From Azolla caroliniana (lineage: Eukaryota > Plantae > Polypodiophyta), in the NCBI GenBank assembly GCA_043228905.1, contig JBHGNT010000004.1, positions 744,001 to 808,000 of the forward strand: a stretch of 64,000 nt of DNA. The letters are read 5' to 3'. Under the pieces are notes generated by a model. It searched no databases, had not been told where the DNA came from, and worked only from the letters and a program-made list of their open reading frames with translations. Below, one piece after another: positions 37,056 through 50,458 of this stretch (positions within the stretch are counted from its first letter, which is position 1; each line of letters starts with the position of its first letter). The translations under genes were made by a program, and so were the position numbers.

Positions 37056-37364
37056 AGGGTGTTTTTGAAAGCTAATGCAGTTAATTCTATATCTGAAATA
37101 CTGCAATGTATACTTTATCTTTTATTATCTTACAAGGTTGATGCTCTTTGATTTGAGTAGGGTGTTTTTGAAAGCTAATGCAGTTAATTCTATATCTGAA
37201 ATACTGCAATGTATACTTTATCTTTTATTATCTTACAAGGTTGATGCTCTTTGATTTGAGTAGGGTGTTTTTGAAAGCTAATGCAGTTAATTCTATATCT
37301 GAAATACTGCAATGTATACTTCATCTTTTATTATATTATAAGGTTGATGCTCTTTGATTTGAGT
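37056..37364. repeat. Near-perfect tandem repeat, 103 bp x3
   Basis: Units agggtgtttttgaaagctaatgcag...ctctttgatttgagt start at 37056, 37159 and 37262. Confidence 0.95.
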
Positions 37365-39699
37365 CAATTGCAGTGCATAAGTTCCCATTCCAGTAAATTA
37401 TAATAAAACATTAAATTGTTCATGTATCTCACATGGTTGAGCCAGGCTTGTTTGTGTTCACCATTTTGCTTGCTTGGTCTTGATCCAAACCAAATCATAG
37501 AGAGTTTGTTTTTCCAATCCCTTGGCCATCCTCTTTGCTAGGTGAAGAGCTAGATTCATCAGTTCCAAGATGTCATAGTTGCTCCATCCAAGTTTGGATG
37601 TCTCAGTTTCTTAAGAAAATTGTCATAGATTTTTCCCACTTTGATTCGTCGTTATTGCCTCCATTTTCTTGGAGCTTGCACCATGCAGGGGTTTTGACTT
37701 CACCCCTATCTCTAGTTCCGAGATTGATTGTTCACCATAGGATTAAAAGTAGTGTGCATACCCTTATTGCGACCCTTTCATCAGGACGATGGATGTACCT
37801 CCCTCACCAAGTCTTATTGTAAAGCCCAATTCTAGGTTTTTGATAAATTGGAGAGAGAAATTAATGGCAAATATTTTACAAACTCTTTAAACTATTACCT
37901 AAAAACGTTTCTAAATTGAATCTATGTTACAAATTTTTCTAAAAGATCAACCAATTCACCACAATATATACATTTAGAGAGCTTGCATTTTTCATTGCGA
38001 GTTCATTGGAAGTTAGTTTACTTCATTGGAATTTGGCAATACTAGCTAATTACATGATCGATAATGGAGCAATAATGGGATTTCCGTTTGTAATGATCGT
38101 AGTGAGTTTTGCTAGAATTATGCTTATTTTAATTCATGTTGTGATTAGAACTGATTTTATTAGCACTTCAAGGCAAAAGAAAATCAATCTTGGCTACTTC
38201 TATAAGTATCATAACATATCCAAAAAAGTGTCAAGTTCTTATTTTCACTAGTTTTGTTTTACCAAGTGTATAAGGTAATAGTTTAAGGTCAAAAACCTAA
38301 AAACCAATCTAAACCCCTATTGCAAGGGGGGCATGAGGTTTGCCTTTTATTCTTTGTAATGTTGCAACTACAAGTATCACATGTCTCCTACATCAAAATA
38401 GATAACCAATGAATGCCATTTTAACACTCTTCTTTTCATTTCTTATAAAGTTTTATCATTATTGCATTCACACTGGCTTGGAGGAATTGTCTTCTTTTCC
38501 CCCTACATCCTACTTCTGTATGTAGAAAAAAAGAGGAAAGACATTAAGGAGGCCACTCCCAATTATTGAAATGGAGACACAAATTTTACATCAAACCCAC
38601 CGTAGCAAAATAGTCGAAGATTTGATGTTTTGTTTTTTTACATACATGGGTTATCTTGCTATACTAGGATCTTCCCATGACTCCATGTGGGTTCATTAAA
38701 TGTGCTCCTAAACCAATAACACTCATTGCAGTTTTTTGACACCTTCATAAATTATGTACCTGCATTCTTTCAAGTCGAAGTTTTCTTTATAGTTGTCACA
38801 ATCCATTGTTAATTGGGATTACAATTTTTATGATGTCAAATATTTATTTTGAAATTGAAAGAAGAGGGCTAATAAAGTCTCACTCACATAGGAAAATGAA
38901 CTATCATAATTTATCTATATGCCTTGGCACATACAAACGCTTGCATGGTTTCAAATGGTGAATTAAGGTACCACAGAGTGGACATAATTGGTGTGAAGTT
39001 ACACATAGTGATAGGTGGAGCATCAAAGCTTGTGAAACCGATGCTCGCCTTTTGCTCAATCTTTGCTTTTTGTGAATGGCAAGCAAAATAAACATGAAAC
39101 CCTATCATTTGTCTCGTTTTGTTTAAATTGTCTTCCCTTTTTCAATACACATAAAGTCTAAGAATTAAACCACTAAAAAAAGTAGTTGATGCTTTCATTC
39201 TCACAAACAAATAATGTTCTTGAACCCATTTACAATTGGGTGATAAAAAATGGGTCTACTCTAGATATTATATGAAATATTACATATGATTTCAAGACTA
39301 CCTTGGTTGACAAACAATTACACTTCGTTTATTTAAATGATTCAATGAAGTGTCGTGAAGCTTGAAATCTGTCTTCCCATGATGACCTATTGTAACACAT
39401 CACATGCTCATAATGCTTCCATTCCTTTATTGGCCATTGGATATCATGACGTTGTGTACTCCCACCCTAAAAAAGGATTAGGGGTAATAACTTATAAGAT
39501 TAGTAACATTTTCCAACACGCATCAACACCATGCCAAAAGTTGTCATATATTACATCAACATGCTATCTTGGCATAATACATCGATATTTCCTTTGACTC
39601 GTGTGGTATTGCATGAAGCTTAAACATGACATCTACAAAAATATTCAATCACAATATCATTCTCAAGACCTCTTAAAGCGTTTGTTTTTAGATTTTTAC

Positions 39700-40110
39700 T
39701 CTCATGAAATATACAGTATGGTTACGTTGTCAATGACTAGATGAGTTTGATGATTAGCGTCTAATGTGATTTGAAGATGCAAGCCAACTCTAGCTCCATT
39801 ATTTTCCATGAGCTTATCTAGACATTCAACCTTCATGGTCAGCCCATATAAGCACCATGTGACAAGACCTTGGATTGTGCTAACGAAGTGGTGCCATTTA
39901 TGAGTATCATTGACGAAACATCTTTTACAAATCAGGCTTGGGTATTAAGTTTGATAGGTTGAAGATCAACATTAAGCTTTGTATTCTCCTTGGGAAGTGG
40001 CACGATCTCCTCGAGTAGCAAAAAGTAGCTAAGTATGGCTTTATCTAGCATGGACGAAGAGTATAGTGCTAACAATCGCCAATATGAAGTTGTATGGCCC
40101 AACTAGATCC
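39700..40110 (+). mobile_element. Decayed Ty1/Copia RT-RNase H fragment
   Basis: 39963-40070 translates RSTLSFVFSLGSGTISSSSKK*LSMALSSMDEEY, matching the Copia consensus RSTSGYVFxLGSGAISWSSKKQxTVALSSTEAEY; outer limits approximate. Confidence 0.8.
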
Positions 40111-42919
40111 TCAAAAGTTTCAATATTGTCATTGATGACCCAACACAAATTTCACCTTGCAAAAGTTTTATAATTTCATCTTTATACTTCCTTTCTTATT
40201 AACCAAATTATCTATGTTCACACTTTGGAGGGTATAAAAGTTTATAGATATTACCTTTATACCCATTACGATGTTAAGCTCCCTCTCCCTCTCCCTCTCC
40301 CTCTCCCTCTCTCTCTCTACACACACACACACACACATTGCCCTACTTCCATAAAGAATCTTGAGTGTATCCCCAAGTCTTGTCCAAGCAATTAGAGTGA
40401 GTTTATAGTTTTCTTTAGTAGTTAGTTTACGTAAGTAGATTAACACTCACCTTTGTCCATCTTGCAAACAAATGGGTAGACGATGGTAAAATATTGAAAG
40501 ATGTTACATTTTGTGTAACATTCGACACTCAAAAGGCATATTGGTATAGTAGTTCTCCTTGTTGGTGACTTTCGGAAGGGTGACTGAAGATCAACCAGAT
40601 ATTTAGAAGGCTTGGTGACAAGGGATATGCTTGGAAGAAAATGGGATTCACTTGATATTGCACATGTATCTATTGTACTCAATGCTCATACATTCTATAT
40701 TTAATATAATTACTATTAGCAAACAAGGATGGCTAGTGTTTGACAACCTATTATTACACTTACAACATACCTTCTAAAATTTCTCGTCTTGTACATAGAG
40801 ACACTCACATCACATCCAATAAGTGACTGTTGGGATCCAATTTGACATTGTTGTTAGATATGTGGGACATTCAAAAGATGAAGGATACAATCATGCATCT
40901 CAAAACATTTGATGGACAGACCATCCCCTAAAAAACCATAAAATAAATCTTAGAAGCATGTCAAAAGACCAAAGGGAGAGACAAAAAGGTTCCCTCTATC
41001 GAATAAACATAGGACCACCAAATGGAATCGCCAATATCTCACGTCCTCTCCATGATTTACGGAGAATACTATTGAGCAAGTAGTAGGTACAATGAGCTTG
41101 CTACAATACAATGCCATTTTACTTTATATCATCATATTAAGTGGGACGAAATTGAATATATCAACAATGTGGATAATCATACCATCACTACACACACACA
41201 TAAGAGATACAACATTTATGTTATGGCCAATATTAGTTGGAAAATGTAGACAATGGGGTGTACCAAACTACCCAAAGTTACTTAAAATGTCTCACTTTGG
41301 TCTAGAGCATAGGTCAAGGATGAGTAACATATGTATCCTTTACTTCTTAAACACATATATATGCTCTCTGTATAGAATATGAGCGACCATAAGAAAATAT
41401 GTGAGCCTCATGTAGCTCACTCTCTACACCAACAAAGGAGATCTTTTGGACACTCTTGGGGTTATAGAATCATGGGGACCTATCCTATGGTTTTTCCGTT
41501 TGAGGACATCAAAATAGCCATTGTCATCATTATCTCCATAGCTACTTGGATGTGTTTTGGAATGACTGAGATGATCAAACTTTACCGCAAGAGTGGATTC
41601 GTCAGGAAATTTCCAATAATTCCTAGCTTGGATATTGTTTGCTAAATTCCGCAAATTGATTTCAAACTAAATTTCAAATTTGTTGCACGTAAATTCTAAT
41701 AAGAAAATTCTCGAATTCAATTCTAATTTTTTTAATGTAAATGTCAAAGATATATGCATGACACTACTCTGGCGCCTTCACTATCGACGTATCAATCATT
41801 CAATGTTCCACCATAAAAAAATAAAAAATCATCCAACGGTCTAGATCTCATTTATCTAAGGCATAATGACATGTGTTTGAATATGTAGCATGCAATGCGT
41901 TTTAAATGGTTTTCCTTCCGCATAAAAAGTGTTTACCATGATGAATAGAGTTGAGGAAAATCCCATTTTTCTAAGAAGTAGAAGGATTTGGGGCTAGGAA
42001 GATTTTTGTTAGCTGACGCAACGTCTTTTCCATATTTTACATGAACAAAGCTTTATGTAAATGCTTCCATACTAAAAGAATTGGTGAGGCTAATGCCAAC
42101 TTACTTTCTAGACATTTGGTCGAAAGAAGCCTTGCCAACTTACTCCCTAGACACTCATGGTGCATGAATGATATAGGGACATTTCAAAGACCAAAGATAT
42201 CAACATTGTCACTCCAACTCGATAACAGAAAGACCAAAGAAAAGTTCTAGGGGTTGTTAAATGCTTGTCAGCGTATCATGAAGATTGACATAGATTGTTT
42301 TACTATTGTACTTGAGTGCATTGAATAGTTTAATTGAACTTAATAAAACAAAGAAGTGAATCATCAATGCAAGTGTTGTACTCTGTTAAAGACAATAATA
42401 ATGCACGGTCAATTGGATTGTCCAATGTCAACGGTGCGATTCATGCAACCGCAAGGGAAGTGGGAGTCTGGGAGGGGAGGGGAGGGGGCCCACAATACAC
42501 GCTTTCTTGTGAGCTATAAGATTTGTGTGTCACGATTCTAGAGAGTGGAATGTGTAACCGAAAAAATGGGCGAACGAGCACGTGGTTAGGATTGGAATTG
42601 AGTTGCTATCAATGAGGATTGTGAAGGCAAGGACAAAAGGATGGTACTAGAAAAAGATCGCTCGCAATGGCAAGAGGACAGGGTCTAAGTGACTCTACTA
42701 GAAAAAAGATCGTTCGCCATGCCATGGGGGGCAAGAGGACAAGGTCGGAGTTACTCTACTAGAAGAAGAAAAGAAGATCGTAGCAAAACCGACAAGAATC
42801 GAGAGAGTGGCTGCTAGTAAAGAAAAAAGAAAGAAGATTTGTCGGTCACGGCCCCGACCGGGAACCGGAAACCGAAGATTGTCACCGTCCGGTCCCGGTC
42901 CCGGTCCCGGAAGCCAGAA

Positions 42920-42954
<35 letters not shown>

Positions 42955-43109
42955 CAGCCCTTAACTGTTGAGTAGCAGGGGTTAGGTAGGAGGGTACAGT
43001 GCTGCTTTTGCTGCTTCTGTTGAAAAGGTTATTATGGTTATGGTGATGGTGATGGTGGTCAATGTCTAGTAAACATACACACACACATATGTACATATAT
43101 ATATATACC

Positions 43110-43530
43110 CTCTTCTTCTTCTTCTTCTTCTTCACTGAGAATTGATTGATCTTCTTCTTCTTCACTGAATATGGATTGATCTTCTTCTTCTTCTTCAGTG
43201 AATGGATTGATCTTCTTCTTCTTCTTCACTGAGAATTGATTGATATTCTTCTTCTTCTTCAGTGAATGGATTGATCTTCTTCTTCTTCTTCACTGAGAAT
43301 TGATTGATCTTTTTATTCTTGAATCTTCTTCTTCTTCTTCTTCTTCTTCTTCACTGAGAATTGATTGATCTTTTTATTCTTGAATCTTCTTCTTCTTCAC
43401 TGAGAATTGATTGACCTTTCTATTCTTGAATCTTCTTCTTCTTCTTCTTTTTCACTGAATTGTTTGATCTTCTTCTTCACTGAGAATTGAGTAATCTTCT
43501 TCTTCTTCTTCTTCTTCTTCACTGGATTGA
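43110..43530. repeat. Compound minisatellite of (CTT)n alternating with cactgagaattgattgat-like spacers, upstream of KCS
   Basis: About ten variable units visible directly. Confidence 0.9.
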
Positions 43531-43622
43531 TTCATCTTCTCCCACACAGTCCAGAGGAAAGCTCCCTGTCTCTCCTCTCCCCCCCTTCCCCACCATTACC
43601 ATCTTCAGAAACTCAATCAATC

Positions 43623-45086
43623 ATGCGAGTCCACCAATCCTCCTTCCATGACTTCTTCCTCAACCTCAAACCTGCCCTGCTCGCCCACGCCCACGCCTTC
43701 CCAAGCCATGGCACTGTGGATCTCCATTCCCTCTCATTCATGCAGCTCCTTGCGATCTCTGCTACCTCCTTCCTGGCCATGTATTTGGCGTGGCTCTTGA
43801 TCACAAGGGGGCGGCTATGGCGGGGGGGGCGTCATCTGCAGGTTTACTTGGTGGACCACGCATGCTTCAGGCCCCCAACGCGATGGCGGATCTCGTATGG
43901 AGCTTTCCTGGAGCATTCTGCTCTCAATGGAATGAGCGAGAAGACGCGAGAGTTCCAGAAGAAGATCATCCAGCACTCTGGACTGTCGGAGCTCACATCC
44001 CTGCCGCCGTCCTACCACTTCATACCCTGCAGGAAAGGCATGGCCTACTCGCGAGACGAGTCGCGCACAGTCTTCTTCTCCATGCTGGACGACCTCTTCC
44101 GCAGGACCTCTGTGTCCCCCTCCCAGATCGGAATCCTCGTCGTTAACTGCTGCCTCTTCTACCCTTCTCCATCCCTCTCCGCCATGGTCGTCAATCGCTA
44201 CCGGATGCGAGCAGGCATCAAGTCCTTCAATCTCTCAGGCATGGGCTGCGCTGCGTCGCTCCTGGCGCTGGACATGGCGAAGCACCTCTTGTCTGTGAGC
44301 AAGGAGACGTACGCCCTGATCGTGAGCTCTGAGAACATGTCGGGCAGGGATTACCTGGGCAGCAAGAGGTCCATGCTCATCGCCAACTGCCTCTTCCGCA
44401 CAGGCGGCGCAGCCATCCTCCTGTCCAACAGATCCGCCGACAGGCGGCGTGCAAAGTACAGGCTCCTGCACACCGTGCGTGCCAATACGGCCGCCGATGA
44501 CAGGTCCTTCTTCTGCATAACGCATGGGGAAGACGAATCGGGGCAGATCGGGGTGTCTCTGTCCAAGGAGCTCATGTCAGTGGCGGCTGATGCCTTGACC
44601 AGGAACATGACTGCCATGGCGCCCATGGTGCTGCCCATGTCTGAGATGGCCAAGTATGCCTTCAATTACGTGGCCCGGAATGCTTTCAAGGCACAGTGGA
44701 AGCCATACACCCCTGATTTCAAGAAGGCGTTCCATCACTTCTGCATCCATGCAGGGGGCAAAGCTGTGATCCAAGAGCTGGAGAAGAATCTCATGCTGTC
44801 CAAGCAGATGACAGAAGCCTCCACCATGACACTGTACAGGTTCGGGAACACATCCTCCACCTCCGTGTGGTATGAGATGGCCTACCTGGAAGCAATGCAG
44901 AGGGTGAAGAAGGGGGATAGGCTATGGCAGGTGGGGCTGGGCTCAGGGTTCAAGTGTTTCAGTGCTGTGTGGGAGTCCGCATGGGACAGCAAATGCACAG
45001 CCTCTAACCCGTGGCGAGATGAAGATGGCCATCTAGCAGCCTTCTATCCTGCACAGGGTTTTCCTGACTGTGTGGAGATTGACTAA
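43623..45086 (+). CDS. KCS: 3-ketoacyl-CoA synthase (FAE1/KCS very-long-chain fatty acid elongase), intronless
   Basis: NLSGMGC (catalytic Cys), NCLFRTGGAAILLSN, HFCIHAGGKAVI (His), LYRFGNTSS (Asn), GSGFKC; one N-terminal TM segment. First ATG is 43623; the track start at 43527 is non-ATG. Confidence 0.95.
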   Translation: MRVHQSSFHDFFLNLKPALLAHAHAFPSHGTVDLHSLSFMQLLAISATSFLAMYLAWLLITRGRLWRGGRHLQVYLVDHACFRPPTRWRISYGAFLEHSALNGMSEKTREFQKKIIQHSGLSELTSLPPSYHFIPCRKGMAYSRDESRTVFFSMLDDLFRRTSVSPSQIGILVVNCCLFYPSPSLSAMVVNRYRMRAGIKSFNLSGMGCAASLLALDMAKHLLSVSKETYALIVSSENMSGRDYLGSKRSMLIANCLFRTGGAAILLSNRSADRRRAKYRLLHTVRANTAADDRSFFCITHGEDESGQIGVSLSKELMSVAADALTRNMTAMAPMVLPMSEMAKYAFNYVARNAFKAQWKPYTPDFKKAFHHFCIHAGGKAVIQELEKNLMLSKQMTEASTMTLYRFGNTSSTSVWYEMAYLEAMQRVKKGDRLWQVGLGSGFKCFSAVWESAWDSKCTASNPWRDEDGHLAAFYPAQGFPDCVEID

Positions 45087-45380
45087 GAAAGCTTTCACCA
45101 TCACCCTCACCATCATCATCTGATTAGAGATACTGTTGATGATGCCTTAACTGTGTGGAGATCGACTAAGAAGTCTTTCACCATCACCATTATCATCTGA
45201 TTAGAGATACTGATGATGATGCCTTAACTGTGTGGAGATTGACTAAGAAGTCTTTCACCATCACCATCATCATCTGATTAGAGATACTGATGATGATGAT
45301 GATGATGATGATGCCCTGACTGTGTGGAGATTGACTAAGAAGTCTTTCACCAACATCATCTGATTAGAGATACTGATGGT
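45068..45380 (+). repeat. Four 77-92 bp tandem units, each starting with the KCS terminal codons and stop
   Basis: ctgtgtggagat(t/c)gactaagaa at 45068, 45151, 45228 and 45320. Confidence 0.9.
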
Positions 45381-45719
45381 GATCAATCTTTTAACCCATT
45401 AATTGTGTAGGCAAGTACTGAATTGGTTTATTATCAATGTTTACTCTCTTCCTAGCATATCATGCAATCCAGACAATTTGATGTATTCATTGAGGTCTAG
45501 ACAGGACAATATGCCCTCAAGCTATGTATGCCAATGTCGAGTATTACATGTACCATGAAAGCACATAGTCTAAAGCATGTCTATCAACTTCATAAAATAT
45601 TCTTCGAAAAATTATGCCACAGAATTCTTTGGAGTGGAGTCTCTAACTTGATACTCGAATTTGTGTGATAAAATATTATTTTGCATGGTTACCAAGCCAA
45701 GATTCCATTCCGCTCCCAA

Positions 45720-46021
45720 TTAACAATCTCCAACGGTTCGGTTTGAGAGTGTCAAAACCAAACCGTTTAAAAATTTTGAAACTTGAACCAAACAAGACCG
45801 GACCACGAAACCATTAAAACCATGGTTTCATGGTTTAGTTTTGGTTTTCAACTTCGGTCAAAATTCAATTTTTTAATTTTCATTATTTTAAAATTTTAAA
45901 GATTTTCTTAATATGTGAGAATAAGGCTTGAAAATGAAAAGATTGTTTTAAAACAATTTTTAAAAAGTTTTAAAAAATAAAAAGCCACTAAACCGTTTAA
46001 AAAAACCTAGACCAAACCTCG
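45720..46021. mobile_element. Inverted, partial copy of the MITE family at 7277-7689
   Basis: ttcaacttcggtcaaaattc and aaatgaaaagattgttt match the reverse complement of 7440-7580. Confidence 0.65.
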
Positions 46022-46671
46022 CTTACATAAGAACAAGAAATATTGAATCAAGCTACTATGTTGAATATGAGACCATTTCTATGCTACAATAATTGGCAAA
46101 AAAGTGCCAAAAGAGAGGTACCAAATGTATCCCATGTATAGTGCAATTACATGAAATTAACAATTATCTGAGATATAAAATAACCTACATATCATCAACG
46201 TTTGATGCATTATCTATATAACAGGCTCAGCAATGCTCTTTGAGTACTGCCTCACGCAATATATCCTCCCTCCATCGAGTTTCATTCAATGTGAAATTTC
46301 AAACACATGTTGAAATGTTGTAGAACTATCTATAACAGTGCTTTGACCTTGGAACGGGCAAAATATAGCATGTGGACTGTTGTTGCATTACCACAGGAAC
46401 CATCTTCACAACACAATTTTGATCTTGTCAGAATACAATTGTTGATATCCATATATTTCTCATTTGTAGCGTTTGAAGATTTTCCATGAGGTGCAAATTT
46501 GCCAAACCTCTACAATATCAATCTATACAAGCTGAATGATATCAGGAAGATAAGGCTATAAGTAATGCAGCTTTTGAAAAGATTAATCAAAATACAGCCA
46601 TGTCTTTTTCCAATACACCACTATTAGGCCATTTAGAAGCATCCTGTTCACCATACATGCAAAGTCCCTAT

Positions 46672-47222
46672 CTATGTCCCACTAGATATGACTTTCGGTA
46701 TACCAAAGCCTGAGGAAAACAGCCTGTTCTTCCATACGTTGACTGTAGCTGAGAGAGAGGTTCCATCTCCGGATGCTTGGCGATCTTGACTGTATTTGTT
46801 TTCGTCACGATAATTAATTTCAAAATTTTGACATCCAGACAGAATTTTCTGTGATGGAAAAAAAGTAATCAAAAAGGGATTAAGTGAATTAAATAAAAGA
46901 GTCTATGATATATTATCTCTTTTTTATGTTCCAACTGGTGGTTTATCTAAATAATATCTCAATAAATGATTGATCTACAGCATGATTCTTAAATAGTACC
47001 GGAGAAGATTCATTGAGCAGTGTAGGCTTTTCTCGTTTTCTAACTGTCTTATTTATAGCAGATCGTGAAATGAGTTGTTTTCTCTTAAGATCAGTGTGAC
47101 GTCTTATTGCATCCCCACCCTTTCGATGTGGACGCGAGCCAGAGTTCTGTGTAAACATTATAATATAAAATGGAAAGCTGTAAATCAAATGCATACTTGT
47201 TGGATTATAAATATAGGCCGTC

Positions 47223-47259
<37 letters not shown>

Positions 47260-50200
47260 CCAGCATACTTAATGTATAGATGCAAAGTAGCAGTTTACCC
47301 TCACCATCACACATTTAGCTTCAGCTGGGGGGATATTTGTCTTGTCTGAAAGAACTCTACTCTTTTGAGTCTTCATGGCATTGGATACCTGAGAAACTGA
47401 TTTGTTACAGCCCAACCAATTGAGAGATAAATGTTTCTTGAAAGGATAGTTAAACATCACAGTTTCAAGACTATTTTCGACAACTTACATGCTCAGACAC
47501 TTCTTGGACTTCCATGGTTTTGGATTTTGCATGTTCTGTTAGATCTACATTAGCAATATTTCTTTGGGAAACAGTGCTTTTACCGTGCCGAACCTGTTCA
47601 AATAAAAGGACTTCTTTATATTAAAGATTTTGGTGATCCAGATGGATTGTTTTATTTTTTCAATACTCTCGCCATTCAAAGAACTCGTGCCTTGGGAGAC
47701 ATTGCATTTGTGGTAGTTGCAACAGCTTCCAGCTCAGCAGTCAGGTTGCGAGTTGCTGCATCTTTGGGTTTTTCTGGTTTCTGCTTCCACGAGTGTTTCA
47801 TGTCAATAGTACGGCAAAGAGTTGAGAACAGACACTCTTCTAATTCATAAGATTTTGGCATCAAATCGTCAACCAAACATACCCTTGCTTTTTTCTTACC
47901 TGTTTGTCTTTGAGTTGCCCTTCCAAATCAGCATACAGCATCTTTAGGTTTTCATTTTCACGACGAAGCTCATCCATTAGTTTCCTTGATTTTTTCAATT
48001 CTTCTTCCTTCTCCACCAAAGCATTTGTCATCTCAGAAGTGCTTAGCTTCACTCCTTGAATTTCCTGTGAAACTTCAGGCTAAAAAATAAACTATTCATC
48101 AGATATCTTACCACAGAGGAATTAACACATTAATTAAACATTCACATAGATAAGATACAGACCATATTTAGCTCAAATCTACAACCTTAGTTTCACATAC
48201 ATTCATAGAGGAATTAACACATAAATTAAACATTCACATACATTTTCTAGCACACATGGCAATCACATAAAGGTATCAAAAAAACAGATTGATGATGGTA
48301 TTGCATGATGCATGTACCTACCTTTTCATTAAGCATTCCATTTTCGTTAATCTTTCTTGAATCAAACCTGGGTTCATCAATCTCAACATTTCCTCCCTGG
48401 TTAAGTTGAAGCAATTCTTTTCGAAGTTTGCACAGCTCTTCCTCTGCAGTTTGGACATTGATACGCAAAACAGTAGCTTCAACTGTCTTCTCATCATGTG
48501 CTCTCTGCAATTCCTCAACTCTCAACTGAAGTCTTTGCAAATTTGCTTCAGCAGCATTCAAGTCTCGTTTTGACAAAGAAATGCGAGTGCTATAATCATC
48601 CTCCATCCGCTTGAATTGATCCCAAACAAAATTCTTTTCTCTCATAAGAGCAGAAACTTCTTGCTTCCACATCAAGCAAATATTGGATTGTTCACTTCTC
48701 AAAGATTGAACTTCTATCTCATGCTTTTTTTGTTGTTCATCACAAAGCCATTGATTATAATATGATGATCTTTTCTTTTGAACAGCCTCTGTCTGTGCTT
48801 TCATGTTATGATTTGTATAAGACTCATATAATTGTATCTGTATTATTCATATCAATTGTATTGAAGAAAGAATTGCAACATGAGATGGATATTTCCAGCG
48901 TACCTCCCCCTCTGTGAGTTGGGAAGTAAGGATTTGCAATCTTGAGGACAATATGTCTACTTCATCCACCGCTCCATCTAAATTAGAAAAACACCAAAGA
49001 TCAAGTTACCAATAAATTGGCATCTTTAATTATATGAATAATTTAGTGGAGTCACGAGAAGTAGTGCTTTACAAATCAAGAAAGCTTTAAAATGACTTGA
49101 CAGATATAATAGTAAAGAAACAGAAAGCTCTTTTTCCAGAAATTCCAGAAATAATTGATGCTATCAAAGCCAATATCTATATCAGAATGCAAAAAATATA
49201 TAGTAAATTAAGAGAGAATGGCTTCTGACCATTTTTGTGTTCATTATATTCTTGCATAGCCTATCATGTTTCTTCTTATGTATGAATCAACACATATGGA
49301 AGGAATTCTCAAAGGCATGACTGTATCATATGATACAACTATCTCTGACAATATATTTAATGAGATTAATGTAATTGTGATAGTGACATATCTGTTCTAG
49401 TGATGCATCCTCTTAGAAACATATGAACTTGATCATTCCTCTGTTATATAACCTGAGTATTAAGTGTTGACAGCATACTAAATGAACGCTAATTTGTTGT
49501 CATGATTACATTATGAGGTCACCATGTATTATAGTTTATCATTCATGTTGTAGCATGATGTTTGGATCTATGGACCACGGCCAGGTTTAGTTTGAAATCC
49601 TACCATGATCCTTTACATCTGTCTTGACAACATCAACATTAACATACTCACATTACAGATATATATCATTAACATTGAAACCATGGAGAATGAACAATAA
49701 TTAGCACTGATGCCTGAGAACCACTAACCAAGTCTGAGCTTGAAGCACAGCGATTTCTGTTGTTCAGAAGTGGTGGCGAATTTGAGGTGTGCAATCTCAT
49801 ACTCTTGAGCACTGCTTTTGCCTTCATAGTCTCTTTTCATCTACAGAAAGAAGAAAGCAAGGAAGGGAAATGATCCTTTTTTTCCCAAGGGAGAGAAATT
49901 TAATAACAGAGCTCGCAAGAGGTGTTTACCTGAGTCAGGGCGTCTTGGAGTTTCTCTTTCTCAATTCGCCACAACTCCTGCTGTATGGAAAGCTTCTCTT
50001 TCAATATCTCTTTCTCTTCCAGCAGAATATCTACCTTCTCCAATGCTGCAGCCTCGCTCTTCTTTGACTCTAACAGATCTATGACTGCCATCTCCAACCA
50101 TTTCTGCACACATATTCCAGCATCATCAACACAAGAAAGAATGTGGGGAATTCCCGCATGATGACTCTCTGCTATTGTAACAGTAGATTGTTTCTTTGTA

Positions 50201-50458
50201 TTGAAGGCATTGGCGTGGATTCATCCATCCAAATGCATTGAAAAATGTCAGTACTGATACAGAGAAAGGCATGAAAGAAATGTATGGTAGTGGTTGTAAT
50301 AACATGATATGTGCACGATGTATGTATGTCTATGTATCCATGGGCAGATGACCAAAATTTTCAGAAAAAGAGAAATCAGTTTGAAAGTAAGGAGAAGGGG
50401 AGAGAGATGTGTGTGTTACCTGAGGATGTTCTCTGTGAAGCTGATCACCATCGCCCAT
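46672..50458 (-). CDS. Multi-exon (about 11) coiled-coil protein, resembling the plant 'cytomatrix protein-related' family
   Basis: Spliceable exons from MGDGDQLHREHPQ (50458) through KWLEMAVIDLLE and EVSALMREKNFVWDQFKRMEDDY to RLFSSGFGIPKVISSGT* (46672). Family assignment is from recalled motifs; one internal exon boundary is uncertain. Confidence 0.7.

Noticed and set aside
42698-43165. 155-aa minus-strand ORF with poly-K, poly-H and SL repeats
   Set aside because: Translation of microsatellites in the KCS upstream region; no domain signal.
43110-45380. Repeat-spacer appearance of the arrays flanking KCS (CRISPR-like)
   Set aside because: Spacers are themselves repeats or simple sequence, the DNA is eukaryotic with spliceosomal introns, and there are no cas genes.
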